Both the position numbers and the translations under genes were made by a program. From a virus: a DNA stretch of 64,000 nucleotides. Position 1 is the first letter of the stretch. Every line of letters starts with the position of its first letter. Shown here in pieces: positions 1-10,109 of the stretch. The notes under the pieces were generated by a model. That model searched no databases. It was not told where the DNA came from and saw only the letters and a list, made by a program, of their open reading frames with translations. The stretch lies in IMG/VR virus record IMGVR_UViG_3300044655_002046; one strand, 5' to 3'.

Positions 1-3000
1 ACTGACAAGGGCCTCTCCTAGTAGTATCTGCCCTGGTGTAGTAGCTGTGCCATCCCGTAGTGATATAATTAGGGCCCCTGATGCCGGCGCCGATGCTATC
101 CTTATATCAAGGCCGCTCAGGTACATATCAGAGGGTGCCTGAAATGTCTGCATCAGGGGGTCGAAGCCTACTCTCGGCATCAGGGGTAAGGGCTGAGTAT
201 CTATTGAGGATGATGGTAAACCCCAGGAGGCCGCCCCGCCTAGCGCTACGTGGGTCAGGTTATTATTGAATATCGATATCGTATTACTTACACTCAGTGT
301 ATCAGACTGTAGCACTACGGCATGGACACCGGGGGGCAGTGCGGGTAGGAATAGCTCGACCTCGAGTATGCCATTAGAGCGGGGCCGGAACGCGAATGGT
401 AGGGTGCCCGATATTGGTGTGTTATTAATTGGTACTGCAGTAGTCATGATAGTATTAGCTATCAGTAGTTGATAACTGCCCTGGGGGAGCCCCTCTCCTC
501 GTATAGTGTATCGTATGTTCTGGGCCCGCGCCTTATCTATCTCCTCGCTCCCCATTAGATTAGCGCCTATAGCTGGTATAGCCTCACCTGTTGATATGGC
601 CTCTCGTACACGACGAGATAGCCGCGTGAACTCTGCTCTATTCCCCTCATTGATAAATCGATAGAGGGGATTACTAGTGGAGCTGAATAGAGCAGCTCCT
701 CGGATAGCCAGCTCGTCGCAAGGGTTAATTCGCCCTAGATCGCGATTAGCCATGACGACTCTACGGCAGAATAACCGCGGGGCTGTAGTCTGCTGTATAC
801 TCCGTTCTCCCGTCAGCTTAGTCTGCTCAAGGAAGATACTCTCTGTATAGGTAGGTACTACAATGTAAGGGTCTCCTGCGTTATTAGGTCTAGCCGAAGG
901 AGCCGTTGCTCTGACATCACTGTATACTCTATTGGATGTCAGACTATTAGTTAGAGGCGAGAGCATACCTGTACTCTCCGTTAGGTTAATGCCGCTACTA
1001 TCCACTAGGGCATCTATAGATGTAAAGTTGGGTACGGCCCCTGTGTTAGTGAAGGCCAGCCCCTCTGCTCTCGTTGTGAGTCGTAGTCTATCTATATCAT
1101 CTGATAGTGATGATACGGCGCTGGCTAGTTGCCGTATACTATCGTAATTGACAGGGCGGCAATCGATGGGCTCGATGATAGCGCTATTATTACTTATAAG
1201 CACACGAGCTAACGGTAATACTGAACCACTAACAGCAGGGGGCTGAGGGTTAACTCCTAGCTCACCGTATATAACAGCGGGCTGCCCCTCCTTATCTAGG
1301 GTCACTATAGCTATGCAGCTGAGGAAATAACTATAGTCTACCTGGAATGTAGTATTAGGTGCGGGGCTCCGTGTACCAGTAAATACTATAGTGTCAGTAG
1401 CCGTCAGGAGATTGAAATCTACTCCTAGTGTTAATTGACTAGAGTACGTATACGTCACAAAGTAGGTAGTGCCAGGTGCCGGCTCTAGAGCTCCTGCGTC
1501 ATTAGGGGACCACTCCAGTCTACCACCATCAAGAACCTGGAAATCCCGGCCCTCTGTGTAGTTAATAGAGCCCTGGAATACACGTTTCACACTAGATACA
1601 GTATCTCGTCCTAGGTAGTCACTAGTGCCAGATGTAGGCCCTCGCACTATAGCAGCCGTATTCTCCTGTAGCGTAGCTACTAGTCTCGTCACCTCCTTGA
1701 CGGGTCGGCGAGTTAACTTAAACTCATTAGTATTAGCGGCACCTCCAATGGGACCGCTGGGCACGTCAACGAGTAGTCTACTACTAGGAGCCCCTCCTGT
1801 GATAGTGATACCTATGGTGATGTTCACTAGGTTAGACGTGGTACCTATACCTATGGACTCCATGACGAGTGTCAGTTCATTACGGCGGAAGGCTATGGCA
1901 TCTCGTAGTAGATTGCGGGCCGCATCCGTAGTAATGTTGGTACCAGTAATAGTACTATTACTATCAGTACCAGTAGCTATACGAGCTATTATGTAGTCTA
2001 TGAAGGTTTCTACTGAGGTGGCCGCTGAAGTATTAGCCGTCACAGTTATAGTCGAGTTATTGATAGGAGCAAAGCTTATGCTTATGCGAGTGCCCTGCTC
2101 TACTACATTAGCCCATGTGGAGGTACCCTGCAGCGATATGGTGCGGTTGGCTATAGCAGTTATACCTGCATAAGTAAATGTAGCCGCTGTTACTACCTGA
2201 CTATCTGTGGTACGCTGTAATGCTAGGTTTACTGGTGTATCTATAACTACTCTCCGCCCCACAACGTAGGCCACTCCAGGAGCCAGTGACATACCGAGTG
2301 AAGACTCTGATCTACGGCGAGCCTCCTCTAATTCTGCTAGCCCGCCTCGTGCTGCCGCCTGTCTCTCTCTATAGTTAGCCTCTAGTCTGGCTACCAGGGC
2401 CTCTTCTTCTACTACACGTGTCTCGAGATCAGCAAGTATAGTCAGGTTAGCGGGTGTGGGGCTGACACTACTTATATCCCGCGCGTCATCTAGCCGCAGT
2501 AGTAATCCATCTAGTCTACTCTTACTCTCTAGGTATAGGTTACGTGACTCAGTGGCCCTCGCCTCTAGTGTAGAGTAGTTTTCATTGAGTGCCACTAGAC
2601 TAGTATCAGCTAGAGTGCGGGGGCGATCCAGAAGCGCTAGGCTCAGGCCGCGCACGCAGAAGTTACCGTGTCTCTCAAATACTCTCTCGGCTAGTGTCTC
2701 CTCGATACCACCAGGTAGGTCCCTCGCTCTATTAATAGGTATTCCATCGCGTATAGAGTAGAGGGGATACCCTCGCCCCGTAAGGACTATGCTGCTACTG
2801 ACTACTAATCGAGATGCCCCCCGGGGCCCGTATTGATTACCGGCCCGCATGCTCTCATCCTCGAGTACGGTAGTAGTGACCTCGAGATAAAATGTAGTCT
2901 CTCCTTCCCGCGATACCTGAAAGCGCGCGGGTTCAGTCTTGACTACCACGCCTGCGGCATATACGCGTCCCTCAGTTATCAGGATATCCATGGTCGTACC

Positions 3001-3213
3001 GTCATCACCTACAATGACTAACTCTACACCAGAGAGTATAGTACCATCTCTATAGAGCGTATCCATACCGGTCTGGAACTGGCCCTGCACTATTGATTGC
3101 ATCTCTAGGAGGTCCTGCGCCACTAAGGGTTGGCCGTCCTCTGGTAGTACCTTCACCCAATTACTATCGAGGGTATAATTCTCAGGGTATTCTGCTCTTT
3201 GTAATATGGACAT
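1..3213 (-). CDS. Large tail/baseplate-wedge protein, DUF4815-like N-terminus; runs off the window start (>1070 aa)
   Basis: ATG at 3213 reads MSILQRAEYPENYTLDSNWVKVLPEDGQPLVAQDLLEMQSIVQGQFQTGMDTLYRDG, resembling the DUF4815 N-terminal motif. The stretches I translated at both ends are stop-free. It is absent from the ORF track, consistent with truncation by the window edge. Confidence 0.75.
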   Translation of the reverse strand, partial: MSILQRAEYPENYTLDSNWVKVLPEDGQPLVAQDLLEMQSIVQGQFQTGMDTLYRDGTILSGVELVIVGDDGTTMDILITEGRVYAAGVVVKTEPARFQVSREGETTFYLEVTTTVLEDESMRAGNQYGPRGASRLVVSSSIVLTGRGYPLYSIRDGIPINRARDLPGGIEETLAERVFERHGNFCVRGLSLALLDRPRTLADTSLVALNENYSTLEARATESRNLYLESKSRLDGLLLRLDDARDISSVSPTPANLTILADLETRVVEEEALVARLEANYRERQAAARGGLAELEEARRRSESSLGMSLAPGVAYVVGRRVVIDTPVNLALQRTTDSQVVTAATFTYAGITAIANRTISLQGTSTWANVVEQGTRISISFAPINNSTITVTANTSAATSVETFIDYIIARIATGTDSNSTITGTNITTDAARNLLRDAIAFRRNELTLVMESIGIGTTSNLVNITIGITITGGAPSSRLLVDVPSGPIGGAANTNEFKLTRRPVKEVTRLVATLQENTAAIVRGPTSGTSDYLGRDTVSSVKRVFQGSINYTEGRDFQVLDGGRLEWSPNDAGALEPAPGTTYFVTYTYSSQLTLGVDFNLLTATDTIVFTGTRSPAPNTTFQVDYSYFLSCIAIVTLDKEGQPAVIYGELGVNPQPPAVSGSVLPLARVLISNNSAIIEPIDCRPVNYDSIRQLASAVSSLSDDIDRLRLTTRAEGLAFTNTGAVPNFTSIDALVDSSGINLTESTGMLSPLTNSLTSNRVYSDVRATAPSARPNNAGDPYIVVPTYTESIFLEQTKLTGERSIQQTTAPRLFCRRVVMANRDLGRINPCDELAIRGAALFSSTSNPLYRFINEGNRAEFTRLSRRVREAISTGEAIPAIGANLMGSEEIDKARAQNIRYTIRGEGLPQGSYQLLIANTIMTTAVPINNTPISGTLPFAFRPRSNGILEVELFLPALPPGVHAVVLQSDTLSVSNTISIFNNNLTHVALGGAASWGLPSSSIDTQPLPLMPRVGFDPLMQTFQAPSDMYLSGLDIRIASAPASGALIISLRDGTATTPGQILLGEALVS

Positions 3214-3216
3214 CGA

Positions 3217-3774
3217 TTAAATAGGTAATATGAATTTAACGCGCGTGCGGTCAGTAGGGGTAGCGTGAGTCACGGGAGTGAATAGGAGTGCCATCTGCGC
3301 AGGGCCCGTGTCGAGCCATTCGCCGGGTAGCCAGAAGTCAGCATTAGTATTCGCGCCTGTCTGTAATACTACATCAGTTAGCAGTGATGCAGAACGAAAG
3401 GCCCCGGGTACCTGCTCACCGGATACTATTGCCTCTACGTATAACGCCTGGGGTAATAGGCTTAGGAGCGATGTAAGGTTAGCTCTATCATTAGGTATTA
3501 TGTTCCAGCGCTGGTCCCCCTGTATAATATCACCGCCGCTCTCTACTCTATAGGCCAGTGATACTCGGTGAGGGCGCAATATAACCTGAGTGTTCAGGAA
3601 TGCAGGGCCCTGCGGTATAGGTCTATCCGGCGGCTCATCTATATTGAGTGGGTTATCGGGGGCCCATGTTGTATAGCGGCCTATTCCCACACGTAAGGGC
3701 AGTGTGTCTCTCATTTGTATCAGACGATATATCCGCCCTTCTGGTGTAGTCTTACTTATGATGGTAGTACTCAT
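3217..3774 (-). CDS. Putative baseplate/tail structural protein (185 aa)
   Basis: ORF track; start overlaps the upstream stop at 3774; lies in the tail operon. Confidence 0.55.
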   Translation of the reverse strand: MSTTIISKTTPEGRIYRLIQMRDTLPLRVGIGRYTTWAPDNPLNIDEPPDRPIPQGPAFLNTQVILRPHRVSLAYRVESGGDIIQGDQRWNIIPNDRANLTSLLSLLPQALYVEAIVSGEQVPGAFRSASLLTDVVLQTGANTNADFWLPGEWLDTGPAQMALLFTPVTHATPTDRTRVKFILPI

Positions 3775-4787
3775 TATCTCACTATGGCGTCTTCTATTAT
3801 GGCATTGACTATCTCGCGACTGGTTATACCAGCGCTAATCAATGAGTTCTGACGAGGCCCGTCGTATGCTGTAGCCCCTATTCCCGTTATGTATACATTC
3901 TTTATTAGACGAAAGCCGGGCTTAACTAGTGGAAATCTAACTAATATTGGATCAGCAGGATAATTCATTGGCCACGATGGGTAGAAGCCAGTCGCTAATA
4001 CAATAGAATTCACACCTGGTATCTCTTTACTATTAGTTATGCGTGGCATCTCTTTGTAATTATACTGGGCTAGCTCATTGGCTATATAGGGTGTGATGCT
4101 GGGCCCCCAACTCTTAACACGAGATAGGTACTCAGCACGTTTACTTAATGGGAGGGTTCTATAGTATCCGCCCAGCGCTGTCTTATTATACCAGTGCGCG
4201 TAGGATGGGGCGGGGTAATTATCTATACGGTACCCCCCGTGACTCCAGGTAACCTCATTGTTCTGCGCTAGGTACGCTACTGCCTCTGCCGCGCCCTGAC
4301 CGCTACCTAGTACCAGGAGGCGCTTATTATGTGCTGGGTGCTTCAGGTAGTGGCTGAGCGCATGAGTATCGTAACCCACTGTCCAATCAGGCACGCGTTG
4401 CTCTCGTTGTCCTGTGGCTATAACCAGGGGACCCTCCTCCAGAGGGCCTATCTCTAGACCCATGCTCAGTGCTCGTTGTAAGGCCCACTGTAAGTAGCTC
4501 TCGAATACATCCCTGTTGCACCGTTCCTGCACTGCCTCTATCTCACGCTGGCTCCCCAGTATACGCTCTCGTTGTAGGTAGTGACAGAGGCTGTAATCAG
4601 CACCCTCTATATTAGTACATAGGTCGAAGGAGATAGGACTCCTCATCTGTAGATTGGGTACTACTTCATCTTTAGACCAGCTGCTCAGGGGCGCGGAGTC
4701 CCATGCGCGTACAGCCAGACCTCGACTGAGAGCCTCTAGCGCTACTGATAGACCGCGCGGGCCTAGTCCCATTATGTTTACAATCAC
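3774..4787 (-). CDS. FAD/NAD(P)-dependent oxidoreductase, lysine/ornithine N-monooxygenase-like
   Basis: N-terminal GLGPRG Rossmann motif, PNLQMRSPISFDL, second GSGQGAAE motif, LATGF and IYITG-like C-terminal motifs. Confidence 0.75.
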   Translation of the reverse strand: MIVNIMGLGPRGLSVALEALSRGLAVRAWDSAPLSSWSKDEVVPNLQMRSPISFDLCTNIEGADYSLCHYLQRERILGSQREIEAVQERCNRDVFESYLQWALQRALSMGLEIGPLEEGPLVIATGQREQRVPDWTVGYDTHALSHYLKHPAHNKRLLVLGSGQGAAEAVAYLAQNNEVTWSHGGYRIDNYPAPSYAHWYNKTALGGYYRTLPLSKRAEYLSRVKSWGPSITPYIANELAQYNYKEMPRITNSKEIPGVNSIVLATGFYPSWPMNYPADPILVRFPLVKPGFRLIKNVYITGIGATAYDGPRQNSLISAGITSREIVNAIIEDAIVR

Positions 4788-4862
4788 AAATTATAGCCCC
4801 CGTTGTACACCGGCGAGTTAACCCTACCATGCTATATACTACGCCTGCCGTTAACCTGAATG

Positions 4863-6626
4863 TTAGGCAGCTTCCCAGAAGTACCAACCTACACCATCCC
4901 ACGTAAACTCCGCCTGTATACTAGCGCTGCTATTACCCAACGTCAATACAGTGGTGTTAGTATTGGGATCCTTAACTAGAATATTAAACGCGGGCGCCAG
5001 ATTGAGTATACGGAAGCGTGTGCCCGCCGCAGGGTTGGGTGGCAGGAATACATCTCTATTCATACCGTTAGGGTCTAGGTGCTGTGTGCCCGCGCTAGAT
5101 AGCGTGAGAATCAGTACACCAGTGAGAAGCTGTCTATTCAGTGATACCTGATTACTGGGATTAGCAGCGTTCCATCTACTAGTAGAGGCATTCCATGTTA
5201 GTACCTGGCCCTGCGTAGGGCTGGTGACAGCTACATCAGATAGGCCCGCTAGAGTACCCCCACTCCCACTACCAGTGGCTCCCCAGCGCAGACCAGTGGT
5301 CGTTGTGCTATCAGCCAGTAGTGCTTGGCCATCGCTACCTACGGGGAGCCGAACTAGTGTTGTGGCACTCTGTACTGCTAGATCCCCCTTAGCTACTGTG
5401 GGTAGTGGTAGGGGTGGCGCTGGTGTGACGGCTTCCCACTCGGTGCCTGTCCAGGTCAGCACATCGTTATCATTGGGATCTGGTGCATTAACATCAGTGA
5501 TGTTATTAAGGGATAGGGCCGCCCGCCATCGTAATCCCGTTGCCGTTGAGGAGTCAGCTACTAGAAAGCTATTATTAGGCCCTACGCCTAGACGAGCATT
5601 AGTAGTACTATATGTATATAGATCGCCCTTAGTAGTAAGAGGACCACCACCGGTAACTGGTCTCCAGTTACTAGTTGCGCTATTCCACGCTAGGTACTGC
5701 CCATTAGTAGCTGGTGTATTGCTGACATCCAGTAGATCAGATAATCTCGCCAGCTCGATACGCGCATCTACTCGAGCGCTTGTATAATAAAGGTTAGCCC
5801 CCTCAGGTAGATCAGTAGTAGTGGCTGGCCCCGCCCCTCCTGGCACCAGAGTAGTAGGTATCCAGTTACCACTCTGATATGCTAGAACCTGGCCATCAGT
5901 TACGCCTGCAGTATTAACATCATTGAGGTTATTGAGCATGGCTCTATCTAACCGTAGCCACTCAGTACCATTAGAATAATAGGCACCCCCCGCACCATTG
6001 ACTGCAGCAAACATACCTCGGTAGGTATTAGCTGGTGGTAGACCGCCTATATTAGCTATATTGGTGCTCCACCTAATAGTACCTGTAGTGTGGATGTTAT
6101 TATCACCATCTATTAGATTATTGAGCGCAGTCTGTGTGTTATTTACATCATCTAAATTATTGAGTGCCAGTAAATCCCCCCCACCAGATGCTGTAGCATT
6201 AACCCAGTTAGTACCATTCCATACCAGGCCCTGTCCTATAACAGGAGTAGCTATAGTTACATCACTCAGCGCATTAATACCAGTGTTGTTTATATGCGTG
6301 CGTACCCAGGCAGTAGTGGCTAACCGCGTGTTATTGTCGCCAATAGGAGGTGTGGGAGCAGTGGGGGCCCCGGTTAGTGATGCGTTATTGATAGGGGCCC
6401 GCGCTGCCAGGCCGGGTACGGTAGGCGCTGTTGCTGTACCACCTAAGTCACCGGTTAGCCTGATAGTACCTAGTACGCTGGCTGTAGAGGGCCCAGGTAA
6501 TAGGGTACTCAGATTAATGCGGTATGGTGTTACTGTTCCATTACGGATTAGTACTATTACCATTGAGTCCCCAGCTATTACGCTGGGGAGTAGTGGTAAT
6601 GCTGGTGCAGTATCTTGAATAGTCAT
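4863..6626 (-). CDS. Tail fibre protein (587 aa)
   Basis: Repeated L..L.DV....GQ.L.WN...W units, TTKGDL repeats and an APTAPT-GDNNTRLATTAWV fibre motif. Confidence 0.8.
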   Translation of the reverse strand: MTIQDTAPALPLLPSVIAGDSMVIVLIRNGTVTPYRINLSTLLPGPSTASVLGTIRLTGDLGGTATAPTVPGLAARAPINNASLTGAPTAPTPPIGDNNTRLATTAWVRTHINNTGINALSDVTIATPVIGQGLVWNGTNWVNATASGGGDLLALNNLDDVNNTQTALNNLIDGDNNIHTTGTIRWSTNIANIGGLPPANTYRGMFAAVNGAGGAYYSNGTEWLRLDRAMLNNLNDVNTAGVTDGQVLAYQSGNWIPTTLVPGGAGPATTTDLPEGANLYYTSARVDARIELARLSDLLDVSNTPATNGQYLAWNSATSNWRPVTGGGPLTTKGDLYTYSTTNARLGVGPNNSFLVADSSTATGLRWRAALSLNNITDVNAPDPNDNDVLTWTGTEWEAVTPAPPLPLPTVAKGDLAVQSATTLVRLPVGSDGQALLADSTTTTGLRWGATGSGSGGTLAGLSDVAVTSPTQGQVLTWNASTSRWNAANPSNQVSLNRQLLTGVLILTLSSAGTQHLDPNGMNRDVFLPPNPAAGTRFRILNLAPAFNILVKDPNTNTTVLTLGNSSASIQAEFTWDGVGWYFWEAA

Positions 6627-6686
6627 ATAATTTGCGCTGTAGTGTGAGGGTTAAATGTTGAGAGTCATATTAAATGCCTCTGGACT

Positions 6687-6812
6687 CTAACTTGTAGGAT
6701 GGCCTTCTTCTCCTGCACTATATATTATAATATTAGGATAGCCCATATTTAACCATAACCCTGGCAGCAGCGGCCTGATAGGTAGCGCATACTCAACGGA
6801 TTTAGTATTAAC
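6687..6812 (-). pseudogene. 3' half of a small phage ORF split by the 6.25-kb insertion
   Basis: Reads VNTKSVEYALPIRPLLPGLWLNMGYPNIIIYSAGEEGHPTS* with no start codon for its first part; joins in frame to 13064-13093. Confidence 0.5.
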
Positions 6813-6858
6813 CCTCTTTACCACTTTATCGCCTTAACGCTCGATCGACACCACCACT

Positions 6859-8283
6859 ATGACAGACCATCTCACCAATCCCTTTCTCAGTCTCCCTTAC
6901 GAAAGCGCCATGCAGGACTTGGGGGACCAATACTACGATCAAGTTGCAGCTGCGGATTTTCCCAGTCATATCCTTCGTTTTCGCAATGATGCTTTATTAC
7001 CTTTGGTGGGAATCCAGCCAGAATTAACCTTAGATGAGCATTTTATCGAGGCTTTTGGTAAATTTCAATCCCTGACCCCTTTTTTGGCCCTGCGTTACCA
7101 CGGTTATCAATTTGGCGAGTATAATCCTTTTTTAGGAGATGGTCGCGGTTTTCTCTACGGTCAAGTTAGGGGTATTGATGGCAAATTATACGATTTTGGC
7201 ACGAAAGGATCGGGACGAACCCCCTATTCCCGTCATGCGGACGGTAGGTTAACTCTCAAGGGTGGAGTTAGAGAAGTCTTAGCTGGGGAAGCTTTACGCG
7301 GTTTAGGGGTAAATACCTCTCGCTGTCTGAGTTTGGTGGAAACGGGGGAAGCTCTCTGGCGCGGCGATGAACCTTCCCCGACGCGATCTTCGGTGATGAT
7401 TCGAGTTAGTAATTCTCATATTCGTTTCGGGACTTTCGAGCGTTTATTTCATATTAAACGTAGTGATTTAATTAAAAGACTCCTCGATCATGTGATTATT
7501 TATTATTATCCTGAAATCAATCCCCAAGATAGCGATCGCTATTTAAAATTTTACGCCGCTTTAATCGAAAGAACCGCTAAATTAGCAGCCCAATGGATGG
7601 CCGCAGGTTTTTGTCATGGGGTTCTCAATACCGATAATATGTCAATTACTGGGGAAAGTTTTGATTATGGTCCCTACGCTTTTATTCCTTCCTATAACCC
7701 CCAATTTACGGCGGCTTATTTCGACTACGGCGGCCGTTATAGTTACGGTAATCAGCCTTTTATCTGTCGTTTAAATCTAGAGTTACTGCAATCTCCCCTG
7801 GCTATGGTTGTCTCCTTGTTAGAGTTAGATATGGCTTTGGCTAACTATGACCAGCGTTACAATTTTTATTATCAAAAAATGATGCTCAAAAAGTTAGGTT
7901 TTGAGGATATTTTTACTCCCGAATCTGCTTTACTGGTTAGCAAAACTGTGGAAGTTCTCCAAGAAACTGGCCTCGGTTATCACGACTTTTTCTATCAATT
8001 AAGTGAACAATTTAATTACGGTTGGCGAGAAAATAGTTCTCTAATTCTTGAAAATATGGATTTACCGAAAGCTGATTGGCAACGTTGGCGAGAGTTATAT
8101 AGTTTGGTCTTAAATCAATCACCCCCAGATTCCTTGTCTCAAATTGGCGATACCTTAACGCATTATAATCCTAAAACCGCTTTACTTAGACCGCTAATCG
8201 AATCAGTTTGGGAGGCAATTACCTATAAAGATGATTGGCAACCTTTCCACGAATTAGTGATAAAATTACAGAATAGACAGTAA
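6859..8283 (+). CDS. selO: Protein adenylyltransferase SelO/YdiU family
   Basis: [28 protein letters not shown] and [21 protein letters not shown] motifs are all intact. Confidence 0.95.
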   Translation: MTDHLTNPFLSLPYESAMQDLGDQYYDQVAAADFPSHILRFRNDALLPLVGIQPELTLDEHFIEAFGKFQSLTPFLALRYHGYQFGEYNPFLGDGRGFLYGQVRGIDGKLYDFGTKGSGRTPYSRHADGRLTLKGGVREVLAGEALRGLGVNTSRCLSLVETGEALWRGDEPSPTRSSVMIRVSNSHIRFGTFERLFHIKRSDLIKRLLDHVIIYYYPEINPQDSDRYLKFYAALIERTAKLAAQWMAAGFCHGVLNTDNMSITGESFDYGPYAFIPSYNPQFTAAYFDYGGRYSYGNQPFICRLNLELLQSPLAMVVSLLELDMALANYDQRYNFYYQKMMLKKLGFEDIFTPESALLVSKTVEVLQETGLGYHDFFYQLSEQFNYGWRENSSLILENMDLPKADWQRWRELYSLVLNQSPPDSLSQIGDTLTHYNPKTALLRPLIESVWEAITYKDDWQPFHELVIKLQNRQ

Positions 8284-8298
8284 TTAAGTAATAAGTAA

Positions 8299-8391
8299 TG
8301 GTCAGCTGTAGTTACCTATCGTCAAACCAAAATCCGTATTATTTCAGTCCGATGCTCTAGACCTAAAGAGGTAAAAATTTATGAAAGCTGA
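8299..8391 (+). pseudogene. brnT: 3' remnant of a BrnT-family toxin
   Basis: Translates WSAVVTYRQTKIRIISVRCSRPKEVKIYES*, the typical BrnT C-terminus. The 5' part is missing. Its end overlaps the antitoxin ATG. Confidence 0.7.
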
Positions 8392-8587
8392 AGATTTTGA
8401 CCTCAAATTTGATGATGGAGAAGATATGATCGAATATTTGAATTTAACTAAAATTAAACGTTCTAGTGTAGTTTCTCATCAACCAAAAATCTTATTTTCC
8501 GAAGAAGTAAACATTAAATCTCAGGAAAAATCCACTTGGAAACCTTGTGTTATAATTGATAAGTCTCGAATCGAAGATGATAACTAA
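8381..8587 (+). pseudogene. brnA: BrnA/CopG-like antitoxin N-terminus fused to unrelated sequence
   Basis: MKAEDFDLKFDDGEDMIEYLNLTKIKR matches the antitoxin start as I recall it; the remainder diverges. Confidence 0.55.
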
Positions 8588-8655
8588 TGATCTTTGGTAT
8601 GAGGCGGTAGATGCAAATGTTGAGTTAAGCCATCGTGCATAATGTTCTTATAGAA

Positions 8656-8710
8656 TAAGTACCTAAGCAAAATTAATTACACATATCTAATCCCCTCTTT
8701 ACCTCTTGCC
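8656..8710 (+). repeat. MITE-like cyanobacterial repeat, left copy
   Basis: TAAGTACCTAAGCAAAATTAATTACACATATCTAA...TACCTCTTGCC; an inverted partner lies at 13016-13062. Confidence 0.65.
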
Positions 8711-8739
8711 CCCTGCCTTTCTTCACTGGGAAATTTATT

Positions 8740-8985
8740 TTGCACGACTATTTATCATTTCTTGCTAATATTAAAGAGCAATGCAGCAAATGTCAACGAG
8801 ATGAACGGAAACAAGCTTTTAGAAAAGCTGAACGCTTTGTTACAGATGCTAGTGAGCAAGGTGGTGTCACTCCAGAGGCACAACCGTGCTCATTTCAGAG
8901 TTCTAAACGTAAAACTAAAAACGCCCGTGTAGATATTGAAATTCGCAGTGGTCTTACCTTTATTTCTTCGCCCCAAACAGAATGA
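8740..8985 (+). CDS. Small basic protein, possibly a truncated toxin tip
   Basis: ORF track; TTG start just after the repeat; ATGA overlap with the next gene. Confidence 0.4.
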   Translation: MHDYLSFLANIKEQCSKCQRDERKQAFRKAERFVTDASEQGGVTPEAQPCSFQSSKRKTKNARVDIEIRSGLTFISSPQTE

Positions 8986-9797
8986 CAACGATGCTTAGAA
9001 GAGTACAACAATTTTTAGACTCTGGCAATAGTGATAACGCTAGAGAAGAAATTGATAGAGCTTTCGGCAATCTGAGAAAGGTGGATAGTCATGTTAGAGA
9101 GTTTGCCGCTCTGTTGGCACTGGGATCGATCAAAGCTTCAGAAATTGGCTTAGGGGTATTGGGACGTAAGTTTCTACAGAATGACAGCGAGATTAACAAC
9201 GAGGTTGTTTGGTTATTTATTGCGTCAATTTTATCTCGCAATAGTATTCCCCCTGATAGTCCATCTAGAATCAGCCTACTTGTTCTTACCGCTTCTGTCA
9301 ATAATTGGGAATTACCAATTTTTGCGCTTCTTGCCCCTGCCCTCGACGCTTTTTTTAAAGTTAGTCTTGCGGACGGAACACCTTTAATTGCCGAACAAAC
9401 TCTTGATTTTTTGGCCACTTGGGGAAGACTTTATGCGAAAGCACCGCATATCAAAACGCAGCTTCAAGAACTTCAATCTCTTAGTAATAATCTATTAGAG
9501 CAAGTAGATGACTCAGAGTTAAAAGCTGAATGGTCAGAGGGAATTAATATATTTTTTGAAGAAGCCAGTACAACCAAATATTCAGATAGTAATGTTTTTT
9601 CTGCTGGTCAAGACTTAATTAAAAGAATATATAATACTCAAAGTTTACAGCGCGATACAGAAGATAAGAATTTGGCAGAGACAAAAGACAAGTTACTCCG
9701 ATTAGTCACTTCGTCTCTTGCTACTATTGGAACAGTTCTTGATAGTCATGGAGTCATACTAAATCCGGTTTTTGATAATTCTAGTAAAATAATGTAA
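8982..9797 (+). CDS. Alpha-helical hypothetical protein (271 aa), possible immunity protein
   Basis: ORF track; translationally coupled to the upstream ORF. Confidence 0.55.
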   Translation: MTTMLRRVQQFLDSGNSDNAREEIDRAFGNLRKVDSHVREFAALLALGSIKASEIGLGVLGRKFLQNDSEINNEVVWLFIASILSRNSIPPDSPSRISLLVLTASVNNWELPIFALLAPALDAFFKVSLADGTPLIAEQTLDFLATWGRLYAKAPHIKTQLQELQSLSNNLLEQVDDSELKAEWSEGINIFFEEASTTKYSDSNVFSAGQDLIKRIYNTQSLQRDTEDKNLAETKDKLLRLVTSSLATIGTVLDSHGVILNPVFDNSSKIM

Positions 9798-9826
9798 GAT
9801 TTAAATAATGAATCAAGGAGACAATT

Positions 9827-10057
9827 ATGAGTAAATTGCAAGATAGTGTTAATGAATTAGTTAAGTACATTCTTGAGTATAAAATTGATTATTGGAGTGA
9901 GCTAGACGTTCAATTAACCAAAGAGGAAGCTGAAAACATGACTGCTATTTTGATTGGCAGTTTAATTGATGACATTGAGGATGCTGACATTGAGGATGCT
10001 TATAATGAAATGTATGAACCACCAGATAATCCTGACCCACTTTATATATGGTTTTGA
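9827..10057 (+). CDS. Acidic hypothetical protein
   Basis: ORF track; leader AATGAATCAAGGAGACAATT-ATG. Confidence 0.65.
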   Translation: MSKLQDSVNELVKYILEYKIDYWSELDVQLTKEEAENMTAILIGSLIDDIEDADIEDAYNEMYEPPDNPDPLYIWF

Positions 10058-10109
10058 ATTTAGTTATCAGTTATTAGTTCAAAAACAACAATGAATCGAG
10101 GAGAAAATT

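Noticed and set aside
81-3553. Plus-strand track ORFs at 81-3553
   Set aside because: Antisense shadows of long minus-strand tail genes; no RBS or family motifs.
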